Notes under the pieces: model-generated
Seen by the model: only the letters and a program-made list of their open reading frames with translations
Database searches by the model: none
What the model was told of the DNA's origin: nothing
Assembly: GCA_951406725.2 (NCBI GenBank)
Contig: OX597816.1
Coordinates: 103,230,001-103,294,000 of the forward strand
DNA length: 64,000 bases
Origin: Octopus vulgaris
Taxonomy: Eukaryota
Reading direction: 5' to 3'
Translations under genes and position numbers: made by a program
In this document: positions 53,480-64,000 of the stretch, piece by piece
Position numbering within the stretch: position 1 is the stretch's first letter
Layout of the letters: every line of letters begins with the position of its first letter

Positions 53480-53692
53480 GTCACAAAAAAAAAATCATGT
53501 ATAAAAAATCGCTGAAAACAATCGCAGTAATGAAAACTTGGGAATCCAAAATTTCAGGATTGTGGGGCCAGATTCGGCCCGGAATGTTTTTAATTTACTC
53601 ACGGAATAAATGGCATGATATGTTAGGCTATGGCCTTTAGGAGTAAAGTTGAAAAAGTGTGACACACTGACAGTCACATTTATTATATTAGA
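53480..53692 (-). mobile_element. possible Helitron-like 5' fragment (second related start at 54130-54184)
   Basis: Both copies begin A|TCTAATATAATAAAT and share GTCAGTGTGTCACACTT; no 3' CTAG/hairpin found. Confidence 0.35.
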
Positions 53693-55084
53693 TATGTTTA
53701 ACTTTGGGGAAACTTTATTTCAATGAAAGTGCATTTCATGTATGTATGTATGTATGTATGTATGTATGTATGTATGTATGTATGTATGTATGTATGTATA
53801 CGTATTAAAGAAAAAAAGAAAAAACAAAACTGATAGTGTTCAGTATGCTGGTGAAAAGAATTTCTGTGAAAGAGACATGGTTTGAACAAGGTTGTACATT
53901 ATCTCCCTCTTTCACCCTTTCTCTCTCTTATTACTCCCATTGCTACCATCAAAACTACTACTTTTAATAAAACATTATCAACTCTCCCTAAATTGCTTTG
54001 CCTCTCTTTCTCTCCCTCTCTTATTATTTATGTCTGTCTTCGCCACCGCCCTCACTGTCCTATGCCTACTATTTCTCTCACCCCATCATGAGGAATAGTA
54101 GGAGTGTCATTGAATAGAGAGAGAGGGTGTCTAAGTGTGACACACTGACTGCTAGAAACTTGTTTTCGTATTTATTATATTAGATAAAGAAAACATCCAG
54201 TGATGTGATTGTAAGAGGAGGCTCATTTAAAGGTGGCTGTAATATTCCCAAACACTCGAGAATTTTAACGAATGAAAACAAAAAAAAAAAAACTCAAAAA
54301 AAAAAAAGAAAAAGCCATAAGGAAATGGCAATTACACAGATATATTTGAAAAAGAAAAACAAACATCCCTAACTTGAGATACATATTCAAAATTTTAACA
54401 ATAGTTTTGCTTGGGTGGTTAATCCCCGAAATTTGAGAGATATAGCCCAGCTCCCTAAAAGCAAAAACATAGTAGAGAAGCTACGAGAAGCACTACCTTT
54501 CTTGCTTAGGAAATACAGTTATGAACAATATGAAGAAAGTTTGTCCGGTGGATGCAACAGTACATTTTATAGAGCCAGGGTATATCGGAGCGTGTGCTAA
54601 GAATTCAGACGCGAGAATGAGGCAATGTGGCAAGTTAAATTGATGCATTACATACATGTACACATGCTGAGGGGCACAATATATGGATCGTTGGAATATA
54701 ATGATAATAACCACGGACATTTGTAATGACACTGATCCATGGATCATTGTTGTTTTTACGACAAATCATTGGTAGTTGGTGACTGTAGAAATAATACTAA
54801 ACGAGATGTAGTCAGGGGAGATCTGTATGGACGTATAAGCCACTATGCTCCCATACACCCTAGAAAAATCAACCTGTTTCAGAGCTGTTACCCTATTGTT
54901 GGTGCAGAAAAGAAATCAATTAGACAAGTAGTGCAGATCGGAAATCACACGTATGATATGTCTCGGTTTCAAGGGACTGGAAAAGCAGAGAAAGAGAGAC
55001 AGGGTGAAATACAGACGGCATCAGAGATAGTAATAATACCAGCAGGTCCCATAATAACCCCAGAACTACTATTAAGCTCAATTT

Positions 55085-55485
55085 AAAGGAATCAGTACTC
55101 CTAAAATCGTAAGAATCGTTCTTAGGATTTTCTGCAGAATACAGTTGACTCATTCAGCAAACCAATGATAATTCCACTATTCCGATGCGCTTCAGCCTGT
55201 TAGATGTCAGTGCTAGCGGTGTACCGAGTGCAATTGTCACCACAGGGACAGTTTCCCCCTTTGTGTTCCACAATATCGTTATACCTCTGGCTAGGTCCTG
55301 ATATTTCACAGTATTCTCAATTTCTTTGAAATCGACTCTACTGTCCTATGGAATTGCAATGTCTGATTTTACAGTTTTTTTCTTCCTTCCCCGATCATAA
55401 CTAGACTCTTTGTTTCAATAGTATGATCAGTCTCTATGGAGAAATCCCATAAAATTATCATTTATCATGACAGCATCAGGCTTAC
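55085..55485 (-). mobile_element. R4/Dong-clade restriction-like endonuclease 3' fragment
   Basis: DIAIP*DSRVDFKEIENTVKYQDLARGITILWNTKGETVPVVTIALGT. Confidence 0.82.
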
Positions 55486-55532
55486 TGTTGTTGCTGTTGT
55501 TGTTGATATTGTTGTTGTTGTTATTGTGGTTG

Positions 55533-55613
<81 letters not shown>

Positions 55614-58249
55614 GAGTAGTAGTAGTTGTTGTAGTAGTAGTAGTTCTTGTTGACAAATGTATTTTGCATTTTTATTTTCCTTCTCTCCCCTCGCTCTACC
55701 TTTCTCTCTCCAATATTTTAAATTTTACATCGATTCATGTTTTGAGAAAAAAGAATCTTTTATTCGCAAATGACTAAAGATGGCTTCTTCTGATGAGATA
55801 GCATTTAGAGGTGCTCTCCACAAACATTGTAACAGCGTACATGGCCCGAAGAATCTCGAAGACAATTTTGTTGAATTTTGTAAAAACGAATAAATTGTTT
55901 ATTTTTTTAAAAGACAACAGTGCAGAGCAGATAATGTTTTCTGAAGTACATGTAATGTATTGTTTTTGCAATTATTGTGCTTGGCTACATTTTTCCTGTG
56001 CTGTGTTGTTGAATCTAGTTCTCAGTCGCGTTCACTGTCTCGTCTCTATTGTTCTTTATTATGTTCCTTTCAGTCTTTTGTCTGTCTTGGATCTTATACT
56101 ATACTCTGAGAATAACGACAAATCTTTGAATTAGCTCTCGGCTCTGTATTTTCCTGCCAGGTTGTGTCCTCTCCGATCTCGTTAGTCGATTTTACTGGAT
56201 CTTATTGGTTCAGTCCACGACCTTTTTATGTCATAGTTTTCCATATGTCCAGTTCTGTTATGTTCTGTAATTTCTTGCTCTGGTTCGTCTTGCCAGGTTC
56301 TGTACTGCCGTACTTAGTCCTCTCTAGTCCTGCAACATTATGCTCTGTCTAGCTCTACAACGTTCTACTCGTTCTGGTTTTGTTATGCTCTGTCTAGACT
56401 AATCATATCACTGATGCGATCGCTAAAGGAAATACTCACTCAACAAGCGTACATTGTCAAGATACAGACTGTCAGCTCTGAGCAACAGACGTTAACAACT
56501 GTGTGGCAGTAAAATAAATAGTTTCCGAAGTGTCACAACAAACTGATCGACGTAATGTCTGGTTACCATTTGAAATGCCAACGGTTCCTATCTAGCCATC
56601 GATAACGAATAAACATAAATAAACATACATCAAAAGGAAACTGATAAATCTAACTTAGCACTTTGTAGGTTAGTAACAGTGCGTTTGCTAGAAGGACACG
56701 TGCAATCTTATACGTTTGTACTCATACGTGTGTATGTATAGAATGTTATGTGTATATGTATGTACGTATATACATACATGTACTCATGCATGCACATGCA
56801 AAATGCACCCATGCATACACATCTGACATATCAACGTATAAGACGTAATACTACCGCAGACACTCAACTCATTGATGTAAGAAGTCGTGCCGTTAACAAC
56901 AACGTAGAAGTACTCTATAATTAACGAGTATTTCATTAACTTGTAGTGGTTACGGAACCATATAGAAGTTTTCAAACATCAGACTTATTCTAGCGAATTT
57001 TGCCAACATTTTGTTGTGATCAAGGTAACAAAGGAGTCTCAACAGGCTAGAAATTTCGACCAAATTTTTCTCAAATTGCACCATAATGTCTTAAACTAGG
57101 GGGAAAAATACATTCACTCAAGCGATCCTGAATATACTGTACCAAAAAAAAAAAAAAAAAGAAAAAATGAAATAAAGCCATACAAGAAAATCATGGCTGA
57201 AATGCTTTTCATCAATTCATGTGCCGGTAAACACCACCACCATCACCACCACCATCACCACCACCATCACCACCACCACCACCACCACCACACCACCACC
57301 ACCACCACCACCACCACCACCACCACCACCACCACCACCACCACCACCACCATCAACAACAACAACAATAACCACCACCAGTGAGTTGACTCGACGTAAT
57401 GGACTGCTCCATCGACGCCTCAGGGTGTTGTCTGATAACCTGGATATCATGATTATTATGATATATTTTGTTAGCTGATAAATATTATGTTTTGGCAATA
57501 TGGTTCATAATCTGTGTTTTTAGTAGCCGATAAATACTGTAATATGATTTATCAAACTTGATATTAACGGATGAATTTTGAATCAGTTTTATGACACTAT
57601 GGTATGTGCTAACTTATCAGCATAATGATTTTATGACTGTGGTTTAGCGTAATAGCTTACATATTGTAACTAAATGACGCTGTGTGGTATTTGAGAACTA
57701 GTGTGTCAGATATTTTATCACAGTATAGTAGCTGATGAGCAGTTTAACAATTTACGACAGAGTATAATTTCTGTATCCGAGTTTTATTAGTGTGGTATCA
57801 GGTAAATATGTATTTACACATTATAACATTATAACCATCATGTATGATGGCTGATAGCCAGACTATTTAACCGGTATGAGATGATGCGATAGCTGATACT
57901 ATTATTCATATTTGTCAAAACTTGCGGTCGATATTATTGATATCCATCACTTGCTCCTATCGAATTTGTATATCAGGAAAGGAATAGTGACTAATATATC
58001 AAATCTATCATATTAATCGATAACATACAAATTATAATTCTGTGTATTGTTTAAAATGATTATGGGAGAGACTGTACATAGATTTCCATTCTCTACTAAA
58101 CTAGGGAGTACCGAAATGCTAAAAGAGGTTAATGTTGCTACTTTTCTTCCTAACTTCTTCCCTGTCAAATACTCCATCAGCTCAATGTATTTCGCTATTT
58201 ATTCGCTTTCCCCAATACGAAATGTGGACTATAATATAATGTATATATT

Positions 58250-58645
58250 TTTCTACTTTAGGCATAAGGCCCGAAATTTTTGGGGAGGGGGCCAGTCGAT
58301 TAGATCGACCCCTGTACGCAACTGGTACTTAATTTATCGACCCCCGAAAGGATGAAAGGCAAAGTCGACCTCGGTGGAATTTGAACTTAGAACATAAAGA
58401 AAGACGAAATACCTATTTCTTTACTACCCAAAAGGGGCTAAACACAGAGAGGACAAACAAGGACAGGCAAACGAATTAAGTCGATTATATCGACCCCAGT
58501 GCGTAACTGGTACTTATTTAATCGACTCCGAAAGGATGAAAGGCAAAGTCGACCTCAGCGGAATTTGAACTCAAAACGTAGCGGCAGACGAAATACCGCT
58601 AAGCATTTCGCCCGGCGTGTTAACGTTTCTGCCAGCACGCTGCCT
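58250..58645 (-). mobile_element. dimeric family A SINE (head-body-tail1-body-tail2)
   Basis: Same architecture and junction (GAAATACC|TATTTCTTT near 58413) as 40391-40778. Confidence 0.9.
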
Positions 58646-59134
58646 GTAGCAAAATTAACTTAATCTGTCACCCGGTTTAATGCATCATCGTGGCTCATAA
58701 CCGCCTTTCTCGGATTCCACTCGGTTGCATGCATTCGACACACTTTTCTTACTCTTCAACTTCCACGGTCTTAAATGCACTGATTAAGGCGGTAGCTGCT
58801 ACCCTTCCTTCTCTGACTATATCATAAAAATAAACATTAAATACATAATTCGCACTCTAAGTCACGCTGCCCCACCCACTGTTCTATCATAACCACATTA
58901 ACTCGTGATAACTCTGCTTATTAAACTCTGTATCTGAGTATATTATCAGATGATAATAAATTCTACCATGGCTGTAACAGGTGTATTCTTCTTCGAGTTC
59001 ACTCTCAAGTTAGCGTCGACTCAGCCAACTAAAACTATTCTAAACATGTCTTTTTGAGTTTCTTTACTTTTTCAGACATACTTCTTGATTGAGGAAAATC
59101 TTTTTTTGAAACAAACACACACACACACACACAC

Positions 59135-59202
<68 letters not shown>

Positions 59203-60594
59203 ACACATATATAAATACAGTGCAATATTTGCTTTGAATAGAAGTACACCCTCATTCTACAATGTTTTAACTACAACAAAAATGTATACAAGAGAGAAAT
59301 GGAGCCTTGTCGCAGTTATACCTTCTCGTAGGTGAAGGAAAACGACTTTGAGCGGGGCTCGAAATCGATTTGCCGACTCACTACCATCTTCGTCAGTGAA
59401 GCGGGATATTTTAAAATATGAATAATATTTTCTGGGAAAAGCACCTGTCACAAATTTTGGAGAGTGTAAAATCGTTTAGATCAAAACAGTATTTTGCTGG
59501 TATTTTGATGGTCTGTCATCAACACAGACCATCACTAATTTTCCAGGTTTTAGGATTTAACCCTCTAATACTACTAAACTTGTTATTATGAATGTCAGAA
59601 ACAACAGCTTGCTTGACGTATATTTTATGTCGTATATCGTTCAGTTGGATTTGACTTCCATTTTCCTTAACGGGCTATAAATATATATACCAGTAATGTA
59701 GTGAGGTACATTTGATTAAATATCTTCTCTCCATATTCACATAGAAGTGACCTTCTTTTACATCTTGTGTGGAACACAGTCAACGAGAGATACACTGTGT
59801 TGGCGGTTCTCAAATTTTGGCCCCACCCGAAAACAGTTATTTTTAAAATTCTATTTCGCCAGCCACTCTCTGTTAAACAAAAGACAAGATAAAGTTTGCA
59901 TTCATATCATTCTTCTTCGCCGCCATGTTGTTGGAAAAGCTTAACAGTTTAAAACCATCTTAATTTTATTAGGTAAACGAATATGTCTGCCCAGTTTTTA
60001 ATCCTCATAACACCACTTTATAGGAGACATTACTCAGTACCATGGCTCTACCTTCCTGAAATAGTAGCCGATTCTTCCTCACTTTACCCTCTACTGTTTA
60101 AAAGAAACAGAATCATATTTGATAATTTAGCCCGCTATATGAAAAAATATAACTGGATGGTCACGACTGGAATGTTTATGATATGCACGAACAAGGCTGG
60201 CCTCACTAAATAACAACGAAATATAAAGCAGTAAGAGTATAGCTTTTGGGTTACTTAATTAAGCAAATGTATTTCTCTGTTTCTACAAATTTAATTACAA
60301 CAAGCAGAGCTACTCTTTGATGTGTATTCTTACTCCTATTCCGTTCCATTATAATAAGGAATATGCTGACCTAAAACATTGAGCGGAAACAAAATGAAAC
60401 ACCACTCTCTAAATATATGGTCAATATTTGAATATATTAAGCGCTTTTAGCTGCTGTAGCTACTAATATCTGAAAAGATACAAAAAAAGTATTGCCATGT
60501 AACTCTGTGTGTGACCGATTTCTAATGCAAAGATTACTTTTTATTTCTGTTTTTATATGATATATAAAACAGAGCAGAATTATGCCATTTAGAG

Positions 60595-60667
<73 letters not shown>

Positions 60668-63182
60668 TAATAATAATAATAACAACAACAACAACAAATA
60701 CAACAACAACAAAAACAACAACAACAATAATGATAATAATAAATGCTAAAATAAAAGAAAGTTAAAAATGTACTTTGGATTTCACAAACTTTTATGGTTT
60801 CTGATACAAGATTGAACAAGAAAATTTACCAAATACAAACTGTGGCACTTAATGTTTTGGTTGTTAGATATGTTAGATGGGAAAACTGATTGTTGTGGTG
60901 CTCACCATTTAAATACTTAAACGACAGGAATACAAACACTATCTCTTTGTCTTGGAGGATGCTTGGGCGTTTACGAATCTAGAAAACATAAAAAAAATGA
61001 ATAAAACACTAATTTCCGATGTATACACGACCGAATAAATATATAATATCCTGCTTTTTACAAAATTCTAAGATATCGTCTAATTTATCAGACCGGAGCA
61101 AACAACGCAGAATAAAGATAGAGTTTGTAGCATGATTCGATTTTCAGTTTGTCGTCTACCATGTTTTAGCTTCTTCGACATCATTTATGTATTTATGAAA
61201 AATAAGAGCTAACGAGGAAGATTCTACATAGTCGCTCAACTTGCATGAAATAGCAACCCGATTTGTCTCAAATGAAACACTATTGTCTCAAAAAAGAAAA
61301 ATCAAACGGAATGACCTATTGGGCAAGGTATAGAAAAGATTGGACGGTCACGGTTCGAATATATTTCATGAAAAGTCAGTCCTAATCGTGCTGAGCCAAG
61401 GATAAAGAATAACAAAAGCAATTATGAAAGACATAGACGTTTTGATCCCTCCCCAGACGTCAGTATGCCTATATATTTGGCGGTTACCAAATAATCCTTT
61501 CTTGACCCCTCTCTCGAAGTCAAGACATCTAGTCATTCTTTGAAGAGCATATCATCAGAAATAACAAAGTGGAAATATAGACATTTTATGTGTAGCCCAT
61601 TCATCTTTATTTACAATACTTAAAACGCATATACTTTGTTGTTTGTGGCGAGTGATTGGTTGAGATAGTTGACCTCTCTCATTTGCAATTCAAAGTTTCA
61701 AATACCACTCTATATTAAGAAACAGTTGTTCTAGGTAAGTCAACTACAATTAGTAGAAGGCCTAGGGACGGTAATTAACAGACATTATTGCAAGGAATAT
61801 AGCTCAAGCACTCAAAAGGCTCACTCTCCCGTGACTTAATAATGTTTAATCATAATCATTTATTTAGTAGGAGAATCTTTATGAATCTATAAACATCATT
61901 GTAAAATATTGAAGCTTTCGAAGTATATGGAAACTTTGAAAAGCTAAGGAGAAAGGGCAATGTTAGTAAATAATAGCATTTTTAATGATTTTGTCAGAGA
62001 AGCAAAAGCGGTACCCATGAATGCTTTGCAAAGTCTCCGAGATTAGAAGAGGAAAAGGAAGAGGTTATAAGATATCCTATGGCTGGAAACATGATTCGAT
62101 TGCTGACAAGATAGTATATTCTGTCAAAGGCACCCAAAGTCCAAGTGGTGATGTTAAATTAGACGAGAGATTAAAGCTACCGCTCATGAACAAGTAGAGC
62201 TCAAGCAACAAGCTTTTATGCGGTTTCTATCTCCTTAATTACACTGACAGTGTTTGTGATAGAGGACACATTGCTGTGCAGTGGAATTAAATCTAAAAAC
62301 GCGTGGTTGCTAAGCGAATTTCTCAACCACATACAACGACACTTGAACAATTGAAATGAACAAAATATTGTACACCCCAATAATGATGCCTGCATCTAAT
62401 ATATTCAACAAAATAGAAGTTACTTGCTATTATATATTTACTCCATTTGCTGCTTTATTGACTTACAGTGTCTCTTCTGTTATCTCAATAACTACTGAAG
62501 CTGAAAAGTCCAAATATATTTAGCAACAAATTACTAAGGAAAATGAAAAAAAAATTGTTTTTACGGTTTTCGAAATATTGCTTGAGCGTGTTATGGGTTA
62601 TCGGAAAACGAAATAAGTTGTATGAAAAATATAAATGCTATAAAAATGATTACAAAACTTTATACTTTCTGCTCTCATGGCGATATGTAACTGTTACTAC
62701 AGAGTGGTGGATTGGTAGTATCGTCAGATACTTTGAGGTGTTTGTTCTGGTTCTTTATATTCTGAATCCAAACCGCCCCAGAGGTGAAGTCAGCATTTCA
62801 TCTTTCCTGAGTCGATAAAATAATGTAAAATAAAATAATAGGCATACAGTGAGGTCGATTTCGGTGACTGTTACCTATCTACCACTAAATATCTGATCTT
62901 GTTTCAATTTTAGAAATTATATATGATCGCAGAACAAATGTCCAAATATGAAATCGCTTACTGGGGTCACCCGCTGGACTGCGGTAATTCTGGAGCACTA
63001 CTTTCTAATACATGGTCAGTTGCAACAATCTCAGTACTATTCATGTCACGTTGTTTAGGCCTGATATTTACTTTAAGGATAAAGGTATCTGGGAAATAAT
63101 ATTCCATGTACAACTAAATGTTCATCGTCAAAACCGACAGAAAACCCAACAACTTTAATGCAGCTAGAGGCCCAGAATAACA

Positions 63183-63610
63183 ATCTTTTCTACTATAGAT
63201 ACACGGCCTGAAATTTTAGAGGAGGAGGCTAGTCGACGACTTCGACACCAGTACTCAACTTAGTCGTTTTCAGCGGCATTTGAACTCAGAACCTAAAGAC
63301 GAACGAAATGCCGCTAAGCATTTTGTTTGGCGTGCTGACGATTCTACCAGCTCGCTAGTTTCAAATTTTAGCATAAGGCTAGCAATTTTGGGGAACAGGG
63401 TAAGTCGAGTGCATTGACCCCAGTGCTTGATTGGTACTTATTTTATCAATCTCAAAAGGACGAAAGACAAAGTTGATCTGGGCGAAAATTGAAGGCACAA
63501 ACCTGAAATTTCGGGGAGTGGGAAGTCAGTCGATTCCATCGACCTTAATGCTCAACTGGTACTTATTTCATCGACCTCGAAAGGACGAAAGGCAAAGTTG
63601 GCCTCGGCAC
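63183..63610 (-). mobile_element. stack of decayed family A SINE fragments
   Basis: Three partial matches to the core and older tail. Confidence 0.75.
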
Positions 63611-64000
63611 AATTATTGAAAGACCAAGTGTAATAAAAAACAAAAACCAACCTAAAACAATTCGTCACCAGTGACATTTTACCTAACACAAAATGACTAA
63701 ACCTTGCAAGTCATTTAGTTTGGCACTCAACTAATATCACTGTTCCACCGCCCTGTATAATTTCTGGCTTCGAAACATATTTATGTGCTCTGTCCCCCAC
63801 ATGACATAGCACGTAACTGGTTCTGTATTTCAGTAACTAGGTGGTAATAAGGTCATCAGACTTTAAGCAATACTATAGGTAAAGAGAACAGTCGACCGAA
63901 TTGACCTCAATATATGACAGGTAATATTTTGCTAAACCAGAAAGAATGAAAAGAACAAACTAGAATTTATTTCGGCGAGGTTTGATACTAGAACGTAAAA

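Noticed and set aside
54739-55086. 115-aa non-repetitive ORF
   Set aside because: No recognisable domain or splice context; adjoins an R4/Dong remnant.
57440-58010. Degenerate TGATA/TATCA-rich periodic-looking tract
   Set aside because: Could not define a consistent unit by eye.
59335-59405. Ribozyme-like pieces (GAGC-GGG-GCTC-GAAA on +, CTGACGA on -)
   Set aside because: The two core boxes are on opposite strands and cannot form one hammerhead.

Overview
AT-rich, microsatellite-saturated animal non-coding DNA. The SINE families and repeat landscape look like an octopus (coleoid cephalopod) genome; that assignment is recognition, not proof. No host protein-coding gene is supported, and most ORF-track entries are translated microsatellites. 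The main coding feature is a nearly intact ~4.7 kb CR1-group LINE (33697-38359, +). Its ORF1 has a Myb/SANT-like N-terminus and two CCCH fingers; its APE-RT ORF2 is broken by one extra A in a homopolymer; it has a (TATCAAAG)3 tail and sits inside a (TA)n tract. Two truncated relatives lie head-to-head at 1-1025. There are also decayed Zenon-like CR1, RTE (4) and R4/Dong (2) fragments, a Tigger/pogo transposase relic, a non-autonomous Helitron, hAT MITEs and dozens of tRNA-derived SINEs. The most unusual object is a 0.9 kb insertion (21436-22330) bounded by an 11-bp direct repeat. It holds three copies (two tandem, one inverted) of a short element joining a tRNA-like Pol III head to a minimal Penelope-type hammerhead ribozyme motif: a candidate ribozyme-bearing, Penelope-mobilised SINE. 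A second SINE family forms multimers with an identical junction at independent loci.
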